This document shows positions 1-10,145 of a stretch of DNA of 64,000 nucleotides, piece by piece; the first letter of the stretch is position 1; every line of letters starts with the position of its first letter. The DNA comes from an uncultured virus (IMG/VR IMGVR_UViG_3300010214_000051). Lineage: Duplodnaviria; Heunggongvirae; Uroviricota; Caudoviricetes. The notes under the pieces were generated by a model. It did not search any database. It was not told where the DNA came from and worked only from the letters and a program-made list of their open reading frames with translations. The DNA is taken from positions 1 to 64,000 of the IMG/VR virus record IMGVR_UViG_3300010214_000051; one strand, given 5' to 3'. Position numbers and translations under genes: made by a program.

Positions 1-225
1 ATGTCGCCAAATGCACCTAGTGCGGCCCCGCCCGAGCGCCTTTTGAGGCTCCCCGAAGTGCTGCAACGTACCGGCATCAGAAGCCGGTCGGGCCTCTACC
101 GCATGATCCAGGAGGGAAACTTCCCTCGCTCGCTTCGTCTCTCCCACAAGACCGCAGTCTGGCAGGAAACGTCCGTCCAGAAGTGGATCGACGAGAAAGT
201 GGCCGAGTTCGGGGCGCCTGCGTGA
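1..225 (+). CDS. AlpA-family regulator / excisionase
   Basis: RLLRLPEV..RTG..RS.LYR.I..G.FP..L.L....W signature. Confidence 0.9.
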   Translation: MSPNAPSAAPPERLLRLPEVLQRTGIRSRSGLYRMIQEGNFPRSLRLSHKTAVWQETSVQKWIDEKVAEFGAPA

Positions 226-998
226 TCGACGACCTCGACTTGCTGGCGCCCGCCGCGCCCGCGCCGGCGGACCCGCCGAAACGCCGCGGTCGGCCACCGG
301 GATCAAAGAACAAGCCGAAGCCCCCTGCCGACGATCGGGACTGGGGCGACGAGGAAATCGACCACGGCTTCGAACCCGACCTAGATGACCCCGACGTCCA
401 GATCGTGCTGAAGGGCGGCTTCCCGGACCCTGGGGCGTTTCTGCGGCCCGTCGGCGTGACCTTCATCGGGACGGTGTTGGGCATTGAACCGCGCCGCCTG
501 CATCACCGACTGCGAAACTGCCCGGTGATCGGACGACAGCCGAGAGGTCGCTTCGCCGGCGCGCCGCTCTACGACTTCAAGGAGGCCATGCGGCACTGCG
601 TGGAGCCACGCATGGACCTCGAAACCATGTTCCGCTCGATGTCGAACACCACCATGCCGCCGATCATCATGAAGGCGTTCTGGGAGGGCGTGCGGGCCAA
701 GAACAAGGTGATGGAGGAGACGGGCCACTACTGGCACGACGCTGACGTGTTGCGCATCCTTGGCGACGTCCAGATGGAGATCAAGGACGCAACCCTGCTC
801 TGGATCGAGGACCTGCCCGGCAAGGCGAACCTCTCGACCGAGGACTACCAGGCCCTGCGCGGTAAGGTCGGCGAACTGCTAGGCACGATCCAGGCGCGGA
901 TCACCGAGTGGACCAGTGAGCGGGCGACGCGCAGCGTGGTGACCGAGATTCAGAACGACATCGACGACGGCAAGCTCAGTCTGCATGGGGGCGGGTGA
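222..998 (+). CDS. Putative terminase small subunit (DUF1441/gpNu1-like)
   Basis: GTG at 222 overlaps the AlpA stop; lies upstream of terL; wHTH-like core (PLYDFKEA) and KAFW motif. Confidence 0.7.
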   Translation: MIDDLDLLAPAAPAPADPPKRRGRPPGSKNKPKPPADDRDWGDEEIDHGFEPDLDDPDVQIVLKGGFPDPGAFLRPVGVTFIGTVLGIEPRRLHHRLRNCPVIGRQPRGRFAGAPLYDFKEAMRHCVEPRMDLETMFRSMSNTTMPPIIMKAFWEGVRAKNKVMEETGHYWHDADVLRILGDVQMEIKDATLLWIEDLPGKANLSTEDYQALRGKVGELLGTIQARITEWTSERATRSVVTEIQNDIDDGKLSLHGGG

Positions 999-1887
999 GA
1001 TGGCGGCGCATGATCTGATCGGGCGCATCCCCGTTTCACCCCGCTTCGTCATTTTCAGCTCGTACGGGAACGACAGCGTCGCGCTAATCCAATGGGCACA
1101 TGAACAAGGCCTGCGCGATGTCGTTGTAGTCTACTCGGACACGCAGTGGGCCGCCGACTGGTGGGCTGCGCGCGTCGAAAAGCTTGAGTGGTGGGTCCAC
1201 AGCCTTGGTTTCTGGACAGATCGAACGACCTCCGTAGGCTTCGTCGAACTGGCGAAACAGAAGAAGGCGTTCCCGACCCAGCAGTTTCAGTGGTGCTCCT
1301 ACATCCTCAAGATTGAGCCGGGCGAGCGGTGGTTGACCGAGAACGACCCGGACAGGCGAGCCGCGTGCCTCGTTGGGGTTCGTCGGGAAGAGAGCGACGC
1401 GCGCGCAGACTTCCCTCGCTATCTTGTCAGGAGCGGCAACCATGGCGATCGGATCATGCTGGCGCCCTTCGCCGACTTCACCGAGGAACAGCGTGATGAT
1501 CTGCTTCGCCGCGCTGGTGTTGAGTCTCTACCGCACCGCTCGATGGAATGTAGTCCGTGCGTGAACTCTAATCGCAAAGACCTTCAGGCGCTCACCGAGT
1601 CCGAGATTGTTCGCCTCGAAGCGGTAGAGCACAACATGACGACGCTGTTCGGCATGACCAAGAACGGGAAACCCAGGACGATCTTTCGACCTCACCGTCA
1701 TATGGGCGCGGTGGGCATCCGCGAAGTTGTGAAATGGGCTCACGCGGGCCGAGGGAAGTACCGCGCCGATGTGACGGCGAGCGAGGAAAACGGAATCCTG
1801 TTCGAGAACATCGAGGATGAAGATGGGGAGGACTTGCCACCTGAGAAGGACGAGTGGGTCTGCAATAATGGGTACTGCGCGAACTAA
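985..1887 (+). CDS. PAPS-reductase-family (PP-loop) protein
   Basis: SSYGNDS PP-loop, WC...LK, GVRREES..R and EC.PC motifs; start may be 1000. Confidence 0.8.
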   Translation: MGAGEMAAHDLIGRIPVSPRFVIFSSYGNDSVALIQWAHEQGLRDVVVVYSDTQWAADWWAARVEKLEWWVHSLGFWTDRTTSVGFVELAKQKKAFPTQQFQWCSYILKIEPGERWLTENDPDRRAACLVGVRREESDARADFPRYLVRSGNHGDRIMLAPFADFTEEQRDDLLRRAGVESLPHRSMECSPCVNSNRKDLQALTESEIVRLEAVEHNMTTLFGMTKNGKPRTIFRPHRHMGAVGIREVVKWAHAGRGKYRADVTASEENGILFENIEDEDGEDLPPEKDEWVCNNGYCAN

Positions 1888-4010
1888 TGACCTACCCCAC
1901 CCTCGAACATCTCACCGCTGCGGCGTTCGCCAACCTCCGTCCTGACGAGCATCTGAGCGTCGCTGAGGCGGCAGGGCGCTACGTCATCATTCGGCAGCCG
2001 GGCGCCCACAGCGGCCCGTGGAGCGCTGAGAAGACACCCTACCTGCTTGAGCCGATGGACGTGCTCACCAGTCTCGAGCACGACGGGATGATCTTCCTCG
2101 GCCCGGCAAGGACAGGCAAATCACAGTGCCTGTTAAACTGGGTGGCGCACACCGCGAAGACCGATCCGACGAACATGATGGTCGTCCACATGAGCCAGAC
2201 GACCGGCCGCGAATGGTCGAAGTCGGACCTGGATCGGATGCTGCGCGACAGCCCCGAAATCAAGAAGCTGCTGAAGCCGGGGCGGCAGAACGACAACACC
2301 TACGACAAAGAGTTCCTGTCGGGGATGCGCCTGACGGTGACCTGGCCGACCGCCAATAACCTGTCGGGCAAGACCATCCGCTACAACTGGCTGATGGACT
2401 ATGACCGGATGCCGGATTCGGTGGACGGCGAGGGCAACGCCTACGACCTGACGAAGAAGCGCGCGACGACGTTCAAGCGCTTCGGCATGACGGTGGCGGA
2501 GTCGTCCCCAAACCCCGCCAAGGAAATCAGTAATCCGAAGTGGACGCCGCCCCACAAGCACTCGCATCTGGCGCCACCCATTGCGGGCATCTTCGAACTC
2601 TACAACCGTGGCGATCGCCGCCGGTGGAACTGGGCCTGCCCGCACTGCCGCGATGCCTTCGAGCCACGCTTCGATCTGTTCGACTACCCGGACAGCGAGG
2701 ACATCATGGAGGCGGCCGAGGCGGTGACGATGCACTGCCCGAACGGCTGCGTGATCGAACCTCGACTCAAGGACGAACTCAACATCGGCGGCCGCTGGGT
2801 GCGCGAGGGGATGATCTGGACGCCCGCCGACGGGCAGATCGTGGCGCGCAACGGCATGAAGCCCGCGCGCTCCAATATCGCTTCGTTCTGGATGCAAGGG
2901 CCGGCGGCCGCGTTCCAGGACTGGTCGTCGCTGGTGCTCGAATATCTGCGTGCGGAAGCGGCGTATGAGGCTACCGGCGACGAAGAACCGCTCAAGAAGA
3001 CCGTCACGACCGACCAGGGCACCTATTACATCCCGAAGGCGCGCCAGTCGGAACGGCTCCCCGAAGAACTGAAGGCGCGTGCCGAGGACTGGGGCGCGAC
3101 GGCGGAACACCGCACGGTGGCGCCGGGCGTCCGGTTCCTGATCGCGACGATCGACGTCCAGGCCCGGGCCTTCGTGGTCCAGGTGAAAGGCTTCACCCGC
3201 GACGGCGACATGATCGTCATCGACGGCTTCAAGATCGGCAAGTCCACGCGCCGCGATGACGACGGCGATCCGATGACGATCGACCCCGCTGCGTTCGGCG
3301 AAGACTGGGACATGCTCATCGACCGCGTGCTGCTGCGGCAATACCCGCTTGCCGACGGATCAGGCGTGATGTCGATCCTGGCGACCGGCTGCGACTCTGG
3401 CGGTCGTGAGGGCGTGACCCACCACGCCTATGAGTTCTGGCGCCGGCTCCGCAAGCGCTCCGACGGTCTGCACCGAAGGTTCGCACTGGTGAAGGGCGAC
3501 GGAAAGCCCACGGCCCCCCGCGTTCAGGTCACCTGGCCGGACAGCAACCAGCGCGGCGCGACTGCGGTGGCGCGCGGCGACGTGCCGGTGGTCCGCCTGA
3601 ACTCGCTGCTGCTCAAGGACCAGGTGTCCGCAATGCTGGCGCGCCGCGTGTCGGCGGACGAGCAGGGCGGCGGCATGATCCGCTATCCGACCTGGATGCC
3701 GGATTGGTTCTACACCCAGATGACGACCGAGATCCGCTCGCCGAAGGGCTGGTTGAACCCCGGCGCCCGGCGCAACGAGGCGTGGGACTTGGCCTATTAT
3801 GCCCTCGGACTCGTGCTGCGGCCCCAGGACCACACGTCGCCGCTAGTCACCGTCGCCCTGCACCGGATCGACTGGGACAACCCGCCGGGCTGGGCGGCCG
3901 AAGGGCCGGCGAACGACCTGGTCACCGTGGACCCGGCGTCGCGTCCGTTCGAGCGCGAACCGCAAGCCGAGGACATGACCTTCGAGGAACTGGGCAGGAT
4001 GCTTGCGTAA
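1887..4010 (+). CDS. Terminase large subunit, lambda GpA family
   Basis: GPARTGKS Walker A, LMDYDR Walker B, CPHC zinc motif, IDVQ nuclease motif, RNEAWD. Confidence 0.95.
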   Translation: MTYPTLEHLTAAAFANLRPDEHLSVAEAAGRYVIIRQPGAHSGPWSAEKTPYLLEPMDVLTSLEHDGMIFLGPARTGKSQCLLNWVAHTAKTDPTNMMVVHMSQTTGREWSKSDLDRMLRDSPEIKKLLKPGRQNDNTYDKEFLSGMRLTVTWPTANNLSGKTIRYNWLMDYDRMPDSVDGEGNAYDLTKKRATTFKRFGMTVAESSPNPAKEISNPKWTPPHKHSHLAPPIAGIFELYNRGDRRRWNWACPHCRDAFEPRFDLFDYPDSEDIMEAAEAVTMHCPNGCVIEPRLKDELNIGGRWVREGMIWTPADGQIVARNGMKPARSNIASFWMQGPAAAFQDWSSLVLEYLRAEAAYEATGDEEPLKKTVTTDQGTYYIPKARQSERLPEELKARAEDWGATAEHRTVAPGVRFLIATIDVQARAFVVQVKGFTRDGDMIVIDGFKIGKSTRRDDDGDPMTIDPAAFGEDWDMLIDRVLLRQYPLADGSGVMSILATGCDSGGREGVTHHAYEFWRRLRKRSDGLHRRFALVKGDGKPTAPRVQVTWPDSNQRGATAVARGDVPVVRLNSLLLKDQVSAMLARRVSADEQGGGMIRYPTWMPDWFYTQMTTEIRSPKGWLNPGARRNEAWDLAYYALGLVLRPQDHTSPLVTVALHRIDWDNPPGWAAEGPANDLVTVDPASRPFEREPQAEDMTFEELGRMLA

Positions 4011-4016
4011 TCGGTT

Positions 4017-4035
4017 TGTCCCATTTAAGTGGACA
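4017..4035. promoter_or_regulatory. 19-bp operator-like palindrome TGTC-N11-GACA
   Basis: TGTCCCATTTAAGTGGACA, intergenic, upstream of gpW/portal. Confidence 0.75.
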
Positions 4036-4089
4036 AAAGGCTCAAAGCTTCGTATTTGAGCGTGACAACCCTCGCGGAGCGACAGCTTT

Positions 4090-4302
4090 ATGACCGCAGC
4101 CGAACGACTGGTCGAAGCCGAAGGCGCGCTGCACGCGCTGCTGACGGGTCAGGCTGTCGCTGAGGTGCGCGACCAGAATGGCGAGAGCGTCCGGTACACC
4201 CAGGCCAATGTTTCGCGGCTGCGGGCCTACATCGCGCAGTTGAAGAGCGAGATTGCCGGCGGACCGGGCTGCACCGGCCCCATCGTCCCGGTCTTCTGCT
4301 GA
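4090..4302 (+). CDS. gpW-like head-to-tail joining protein
   Basis: EA..ALH.LLTG...V....GE.V.YT.AN...LRAYI..L; between terL and portal. Confidence 0.9.
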   Translation: MTAAERLVEAEGALHALLTGQAVAEVRDQNGESVRYTQANVSRLRAYIAQLKSEIAGGPGCTGPIVPVFC

Positions 4303-5996
4303 TGCAGCCGGACGAAGGGATCATCGACCTGCTGGCGCCGGTAGAGGCGCCTGCCGCCGCCGAGACCGCAATGAGCCNNNNNNNNNNAATGAGCCCTCTC
4401 GTCACGGTGGTCCGCGACAACGCCTATGACGGCGCCAGCGTCACGGACCAACTGGCGATGTGGCATCCGGCCCTGCAGTCGGCCGACGCCGAGATTGTCC
4501 CGGAAAAGGACGTGTTGGACGCGCGCACGCGAGACATGCTGCGCAACGACTCGCACATCCAGAATGCGGCGGCGATCCACAAGGACAGCATCGTCGGCGG
4601 CCTGTATCTGCTGAACGCCCGCCCGGCGACCAAGGTGCTGTTCGGCGCCGAGGACCCTGTCTGGGAAGAAGAGTTCCAAGAGGAAGTCGAGACGAAGTTC
4701 ACCCTGTGGGCGGAAAGCCCCGAGTGCTGGGTGGACGCGCAGCGGACGAAAACCCTGACGGACCTCGTGCGACTGGCCGTTGGCGTGGACCTGGCCGGCG
4801 GCGAAGTGCTGATGTCCGCCGAATGGATGGCGAACGACGGTCGCCCGGCACGGACCGCCGTGCAGATGGTCGATACGGATCGCCTGGCGACGCCGCCGGT
4901 GCTGCTGAACGCGTCGAATGTGCGCGGCGGCGTCGAGCGCGACATCTACGGGGCGCCGGTCGCCTATCACATCCGGCAGGCCCACCCGTCCGACTACCTG
5001 GACTCGCGCTTCTATCAGTTCCGCCGCGTCGCCGCCCGCAAGTCGTGGGGGCGGCCCATGATGCTGCATCTCTACGAGCAGATGCGGGCAGACCAGTCGC
5101 GCGGCATCAGCACGCTCACTTCGGCGCTGCTCGAGATGAAGATGTTGAAGGGCTTCCGCAAGGTTGAGCTTCAGCGCGCGGTCCTGGCCGCCACGTTCGC
5201 CGCCAGCATGGAATCAGAACTGCCGAACCATGAGGTCATGCGGATGCTCGGTAAGGGCGTCGATGACCCGTCCGTCACGGACTACATGCAGGCGTATCTG
5301 AAGGCCGTCACCCAGTTTTCCGGGGGCGCCAAGCAGCTGAAGATCGACGGGGCGAAAATCCCGATCCTGCCGCCCGGCACGAAGATGAACGTGAAGACGC
5401 CGGGTGCGGAAAGCCCTGCTGGCGACAAGTTCGAGATGTCGATCCTGCGCTACCTCGCGTCGGCGACGAACACGTCCTACGAGGCGCTGGCGAAGGATTA
5501 CTCGCAGCTGTCGTACTCCAGCGGCCGCCTGTCGAAGGGGCAAGTCGAAACCCATCAGGCGTCGCGCAAGAAGCGCGTGGCGGACAAGACTGCGAACTTC
5601 GTTTTCCGCCTCTGGTTCGAAGAGGCGATCAATCGCGGCTACCTCGAGACGCTGAAGCGCCCGAACGTCCCGAACTTCTACGACGGGCTGAACGCCGAAG
5701 CCTACTGTCAGGCGGACTGGATCGGCGCAGGCAGCGTCATGATCGACGCCCTGAAGGAGACGCAGGCACAGGTTCTCCAGCTGAAGAACGGCCTGAACAC
5801 CAAGGAAAACGTCATCGCCCGCATCCACGGCGGCGACTGGCGCCGGGTGTCGCGTCAGATCGCCCGCGAGATGGCGAACGACGAAAAGCTCGGCATCCCG
5901 TCCGTCTACCTCCTGGACAAGACCGACGCGGAGAACGCCCTCAGCGGCACCCCGCAGGTCCGCGAAAACGACGGCGAGAGCGGGGAAGACCAATGA
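4302..5996 (+). CDS. Portal protein, lambda family
   Basis: AR.RD..RND, GVE.D.YG.PVAYHI, Q.RG, YSS.R motifs; spans N gap 4378-4387. Confidence 0.95.
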   Translation: MQPDEGIIDLLAPVEAPAAAETAMSXXXXMSPLVTVVRDNAYDGASVTDQLAMWHPALQSADAEIVPEKDVLDARTRDMLRNDSHIQNAAAIHKDSIVGGLYLLNARPATKVLFGAEDPVWEEEFQEEVETKFTLWAESPECWVDAQRTKTLTDLVRLAVGVDLAGGEVLMSAEWMANDGRPARTAVQMVDTDRLATPPVLLNASNVRGGVERDIYGAPVAYHIRQAHPSDYLDSRFYQFRRVAARKSWGRPMMLHLYEQMRADQSRGISTLTSALLEMKMLKGFRKVELQRAVLAATFAASMESELPNHEVMRMLGKGVDDPSVTDYMQAYLKAVTQFSGGAKQLKIDGAKIPILPPGTKMNVKTPGAESPAGDKFEMSILRYLASATNTSYEALAKDYSQLSYSSGRLSKGQVETHQASRKKRVADKTANFVFRLWFEEAINRGYLETLKRPNVPNFYDGLNAEAYCQADWIGAGSVMIDALKETQAQVLQLKNGLNTKENVIARIHGGDWRRVSRQIAREMANDEKLGIPSVYLLDKTDAENALSGTPQVRENDGESGEDQ

Positions 5997-7312
5997 CGAC
6001 CATGAGCCCCATTCTCGCCCGCTTCCAGAACAGCGAGCCGGTGCTGATCGACCCGATGGCCCATGCGCACATCGACGTCTGCGCCGCGCAGGCATCCAAG
6101 ATCCTGGAGCGAATCGAGGCGGCCGCCGACGAGCCGCGCATGGATGACGGCGACGGCTTCTGGTTCTCGCCCGACGACTGGCGTGCGCAGTATCGCCCCT
6201 ACGTCGTCAAGGACGGCGTACTGCAGATCCCGGTCAAGGGCATCCTGCTGAACAACTTCGCCTGGAACTTCGGCAACTGGGCGACGGGCTACGAATACAT
6301 CTGGCGCGCGTTCGAGCGCGGCCAGCGTGACCCGGAGGTCCGAGGCGTGGCGCTCGTCTGCGACACCCCCGGCGGCGTGGTCGCGGGTAACTTCGAACTC
6401 GTCGACAAGATGCACGCCTATCCGAACCGCAAGCCCCTCATGGGGGTGGCGAGCGAGTCGGCATACTCGGCGGGCTACAGCATCATCAGCGTCGCCGATC
6501 CCGGTCAGGTCGTCGTCAGCCGGACCGGCGGCGTCGGCAGCATTGGCGTCGTGACCATGCACTTCGACGTGTCGAAGGCGATGGAGCAGCGCGGCTGGAA
6601 CGCGACGTACATCCACGCCGGCAAGCACAAGGTCGACGGCAACCCTTACGAGGCGCTGCCGGATGACGTGAAGGCGCGCATCCAGGCGCGCATCGACGAC
6701 CTCTACGGGATCTTCGTGAAGACCGTAGCCCGAAATCGGGGACTGGAGGAGCAGGCCGTTCGGGACACCGAAGCCCTGACCTACAGCGCGCCCGACGCCC
6801 TGTCTGTGGGACTGGCCGACAAGATCGGCCCGTTCGACGACGCCCTGGCTGACTTCTCGGCCAGCCTCAACCCCAACGTAGGAGATGAGACCATGGCCGA
6901 TACGTTCTCGCAGGCCGACATCGACGCTGCCGTGGCGACCGCCACTGCCAACCACGCCGCCGAACTCGCTGCGGCGCGCTCTGACGGCGCCACCGCCGAA
7001 CGCGCCCGCATCAACGACATCCTGGCTTCGGATGTCGGCAAGGATCGCCCCAAGGCCGCCCTGTCCGCCGCGCTGAAGACCGGCATGGACCTGGAAACGG
7101 CGACTGCCTTCCTGGCCGAACTGCCGAAGGAATCGGCGGCCGTCATGGAAACCAGCACGACCAACGCGGGCGCCCCGCAAGGGATGCTGGATGCCGCGAT
7201 GGACAATACCGACAACCCCAACATCGAAGCGCAGACCAAGTCCGAGCAGTCGGACGACGATCTGGCGATCGACCAGTCCTTCGGCGGCCGCAAGGCCAAG
7301 AAGGCGGCCTAA
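5993..7312 (+). CDS. S49-family prohead protease with C-terminal scaffold domain
   Basis: DTPGG, AYSAGY, GSIGV, AG.HKVDGNPYE.L motifs. Confidence 0.93.
   Translation: MTTMSPILARFQNSEPVLIDPMAHAHIDVCAAQASKILERIEAAADEPRMDDGDGFWFSPDDWRAQYRPYVVKDGVLQIPVKGILLNNFAWNFGNWATGYEYIWRAFERGQRDPEVRGVALVCDTPGGVVAGNFELVDKMHAYPNRKPLMGVASESAYSAGYSIISVADPGQVVVSRTGGVGSIGVVTMHFDVSKAMEQRGWNATYIHAGKHKVDGNPYEALPDDVKARIQARIDDLYGIFVKTVARNRGLEEQAVRDTEALTYSAPDALSVGLADKIGPFDDALADFSASLNPNVGDETMADTFSQADIDAAVATATANHAAELAAARSDGATAERARINDILASDVGKDRPKAALSAALKTGMDLETATAFLAELPKESAAVMETSTTNAGAPQGMLDAAMDNTDNPNIEAQTKSEQSDDDLAIDQSFGGRKAKKAA
6893..7312 (+). CDS. Putative nested scaffold protein (Nu3-like internal start)
   Basis: AGGAG at 6880-6884 then in-frame ATG at 6893; AER.RI..IL scaffold motif. 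Confidence 0.6.
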   Translation: MADTFSQADIDAAVATATANHAAELAAARSDGATAERARINDILASDVGKDRPKAALSAALKTGMDLETATAFLAELPKESAAVMETSTTNAGAPQGMLDAAMDNTDNPNIEAQTKSEQSDDDLAIDQSFGGRKAKKAA

Positions 7313-7339
7313 CCGCAACTCCGTAGAAGGACACCGATC

Positions 7340-7780
7340 ATGCCGATCACGCTCCCCAACTCCACCCAGTCCGCCGGCGTTCCGGGTCAATGGTCTGAAA
7401 CCATCGGCGCCACCCACCCGTCGCTGATCACCGGCCACGAGCCTGCGATCCTGACGCAAGACCATGTTGTCGCGTTCAGCCAGAGCTTCGCCGCCCTCCA
7501 GGTCGTCGGCTTCAACGCCGCCGGCGAACTGGTCAAGGCCACCTGGGACGCCACCCCGGCCAATGCCGTGAAGCCCATCGGCGTCGCCATCATCGGCGCC
7601 GTCACGGGCGCCAGCGGCGCCAAGAAGGGCATCCCGGTCTATCGGGGCGGCTGCTTCAACCCGGACCAACTGGTCTGGGACGCTTCGTTCGACAGCGACG
7701 TCAAGAAGTTCGCCGCCTTCGAGGGCTCGCCGACCCCGACGAACATCATCGTTCGTCGCCCGCGCGCCCACGCCATCTAA
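7340..7780 (+). CDS. Head decoration protein (lambda D-like)
   Basis: Between protease and capsid gene; VY.GG.FN.D.L.W motif. Confidence 0.85.
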   Translation: MPITLPNSTQSAGVPGQWSETIGATHPSLITGHEPAILTQDHVVAFSQSFAALQVVGFNAAGELVKATWDATPANAVKPIGVAIIGAVTGASGAKKGIPVYRGGCFNPDQLVWDASFDSDVKKFAAFEGSPTPTNIIVRRPRAHAI

Positions 7781-7804
7781 CCCCGCTTCGGAGAGGAACC
7801 GAAT

Positions 7805-8881
7805 ATGACTCTGCAACTCTGGTCCCCGAAGCAACTGCTTCGCCGTCGTCGCGACGACCGTATGGACGGTCGCCCGTCGTACTTCCGCGACAACTTCTTC
7901 AAGGGTCGCCACTACTCGGAGGATCGCGAGATCCTGCTGCGCGACCTGCCCGCCGCCGGTCGCAAGCTGGCGCCGTTTGTCCTGCCGACTGAGCAAGGCA
8001 AGCCCCTGGCCGAGTTCAAGGGCGAGACCATGGAGGCGCTGCTGCCTCCGTACATCAAGCCCAAGGACGTGGTTCGTGCCGTCGACGCCAAGTCGCCGCT
8101 GCCGGAAGAAGTCCTGGAAGGCCCCCTGACGCTGGCGCAGCGGTTCAACCGTCGCATCGGCGAGATCCAGGACCAGCACGTCCGCGGCATCGAGCTGCAG
8201 ATTGACTGGATGGCTGCCCGCGCCACGATCGACGGCAAGCTGACCCTCAAGTACCAGCGTGACCAGGGCGCCGCCCACCCGGAAGTCACCATCGACTTCG
8301 GCCGCGCTGCTAACCAGACCGTCGTGCTGACTGGCCCGACCTACTGGGACGACGTCGACTATCCGATCCTGGACGACGTCGAGGCCTGGGCCAACCGTAT
8401 GGCGCGGGCCAAGTATGGTCAGCGGCCCGCTGTCCTGATGGTCGGCGCCAACGTCGCTCCGCTGTTCCGCAAGAATAAGCAGGTCCGCGCCGAGATGGAT
8501 CTGACCCGTCGCGGCAACGAGGTGAACCTGCCCACGGGCATCCAGATCCTCGGCGACGGTCTGACCCGCATCGGCGACCTGTCGGGCGGCATCACCGTCT
8601 TCGCGTATCGCGACTACGTCGAGAACGCGAACGGCGACCTGGTCGACATCCTGGACCCGAACGACGTGCTGCTGGTGGCGCCGGGTAACGAAGGCGTCCT
8701 GGCCTACGGCGCGATCTTCAACGCCAAGGCGATCCAGGCCGGCCTGACGCAGACCGACATCTTCGCGTCGATGTGGGTCAGCGATGACCCGGGCGACGTG
8801 AATCTGATGCACGAGTCTTCGCCGCTGCCCATCCCGCTGTTCCCGAACCGCACGCTGAAGGCGACGGTCCTGAACGGCTGA
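7805..8881 (+). CDS. Major capsid protein (lambda E family)
   Basis: APFV.P...G, PYIKPK, IDFGR, DP......ES.PLP motifs. Confidence 0.93.
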   Translation: MTLQLWSPKQLLRRRRDDRMDGRPSYFRDNFFKGRHYSEDREILLRDLPAAGRKLAPFVLPTEQGKPLAEFKGETMEALLPPYIKPKDVVRAVDAKSPLPEEVLEGPLTLAQRFNRRIGEIQDQHVRGIELQIDWMAARATIDGKLTLKYQRDQGAAHPEVTIDFGRAANQTVVLTGPTYWDDVDYPILDDVEAWANRMARAKYGQRPAVLMVGANVAPLFRKNKQVRAEMDLTRRGNEVNLPTGIQILGDGLTRIGDLSGGITVFAYRDYVENANGDLVDILDPNDVLLVAPGNEGVLAYGAIFNAKAIQAGLTQTDIFASMWVSDDPGDVNLMHESSPLPIPLFPNRTLKATVLNG

Positions 8882-8887
8882 CCCTGC

Positions 8888-8915
8888 TGACGGCCGCCCT
8901 CCGGGGCGGCCGTCA
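8888..8915 (+). terminator. GC-rich hairpin after the capsid gene
   Basis: TGACGGCCGCCC-TCCG-GGGCGGCCGTCA perfect 12-bp stem; no U-tract. Confidence 0.55.
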
Positions 8916-8938
8916 CGTCCTCACGAAAGGAGCCCCAC

Positions 8939-9265
8939 ATGGGCAAGTATATCGCGCTTCAGGCCATCCAGTACGTCGATGCGAACGGCCTGCGCAAAAC
9001 GATCGAGCCGAAGTCGGCCAAGCATTCGGGGCTGTTCGAACACGAGTTCGACGCGAAGACGGAGAAGCGCTTGTTCTCCGTCGGCGCCATCCGCGAACCC
9101 GAGGACCTGGAAGTCCACGCTGACGCCACCAGCGTCGAGACGATGGACGACAGCCGGGACATCGACGGCGAGGCCACCGAGGTCGCTCCGAAGAAGGGCT
9201 CGGGGAAAAACGCGCCGAAGAAGACCGCCGGCGGCGACGCCGATGACGTCGACCTGGGCGTCTGA
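8939..9265 (+). CDS. Hypothetical virion-associated protein
   Basis: AAGGAG RBS, phage codon usage. Confidence 0.75.
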   Translation: MGKYIALQAIQYVDANGLRKTIEPKSAKHSGLFEHEFDAKTEKRLFSVGAIREPEDLEVHADATSVETMDDSRDIDGEATEVAPKKGSGKNAPKKTAGGDADDVDLGV

Positions 9266-9279
9266 GGAGGACACTGACC

Positions 9280-9528
9280 ATGCGCAACGTATCGGCAGTC
9301 GTTCTCCCGGGCCATGAGGCCCACTTCACCAACGCCGACGGCGAGCCGATCCGCGCCACGGATGCCGACGGCAAGGTCATGATCCCCTCCGACCAGTTCG
9401 GCGAACTCGAGGCGCTGGGCTCCGTGGTGCGTGCCCCGCGCGACCCGCTGGACCACGACAGCGACGGTCGTAAGGGCGGCTTCAATCATGCGGCCGCCGC
9501 CGCAGCCGCCGACGCCGAGAAGAAGTGA
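9280..9528 (+). CDS. Hypothetical protein
   Basis: GAGGAGG RBS; DPLDHD.DGRKGG motif. Confidence 0.7.
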   Translation: MRNVSAVVLPGHEAHFTNADGEPIRATDADGKVMIPSDQFGELEALGSVVRAPRDPLDHDSDGRKGGFNHAAAAAAADAEKK

Positions 9529-10145
9529 GGAACTGGCGCGATCATAAGCGCCAGATGCGCCGGACCGTTCATCGCACGATGGGCGTTCCGGCGATCCTCA
9601 TGCTTGCGCGGGGCGGAACCCCGCATCGCGTGACCATCCGTGGTCCGCATAACGTACGCCCCGTGACCGTCGGAGACCTGGCCGGCGGCGGGGAAGGATG
9701 GGCCGAGCGCGTCGATACGCAGCCGCGCATCCTGTTCTGGGTCGACCAGTTGCCGTTCGCCCTGCGCAAGGGCTGCATCGTCTCAGTGGAGCCGGGCGAG
9801 GCCTACCGCATTGAGGTCCCCGAGAAGCCTGACGACCGGACCATCTATGCGCAGGTTGTGCGCCTCGACAAGGCCGACGCAGCCGGGCTGCCGGTCCCGA
9901 GCAACGGGCAGACGCCGTCCGCCCCGGCAGGCGAGCATCCGGGCATTTACAAGCCGGGCTTCACCCACGTCCAGAGCGAACCCGCCGCCGCGTGGGTGGT
10001 CACTCACAACCTTGGCTACAAGCCCGCCGTCGCCGTCATTCTGGCTGACGGGACCGAGGTCGAGGCGTCCGTGGTTCACGGGACCGACAATCAACTGGTC
10101 GTCACCTTCGACCAGGCTGAAACCGGGGAGGTTCGTTGCGTCTGA
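9525..10145 (+). CDS. Head-tail joining protein with C-terminal beta-rich extension
   Basis: Position; W....R..RR.VH..M N-terminus; H.Q...A..W...HNLG..P C-terminal domain. Confidence 0.6.
   Translation: MRNWRDHKRQMRRTVHRTMGVPAILMLARGGTPHRVTIRGPHNVRPVTVGDLAGGGEGWAERVDTQPRILFWVDQLPFALRKGCIVSVEPGEAYRIEVPEKPDDRTIYAQVVRLDKADAAGLPVPSNGQTPSAPAGEHPGIYKPGFTHVQSEPAAAWVVTHNLGYKPAVAVILADGTEVEASVVHGTDNQLVVTFDQAETGEVRCV

Noticed and set aside
4378..4387. AATGAGCC duplicated around Ns in the portal gene
   Set aside because: Scaffold-gap overlap artefact
5906..8812. 968-aa minus-strand ORF and similar long antisense ORFs (e.g. 57168..58757, 33093..34904)
   Set aside because: Antisense shadows of GC-rich genes; no motifs or RBS
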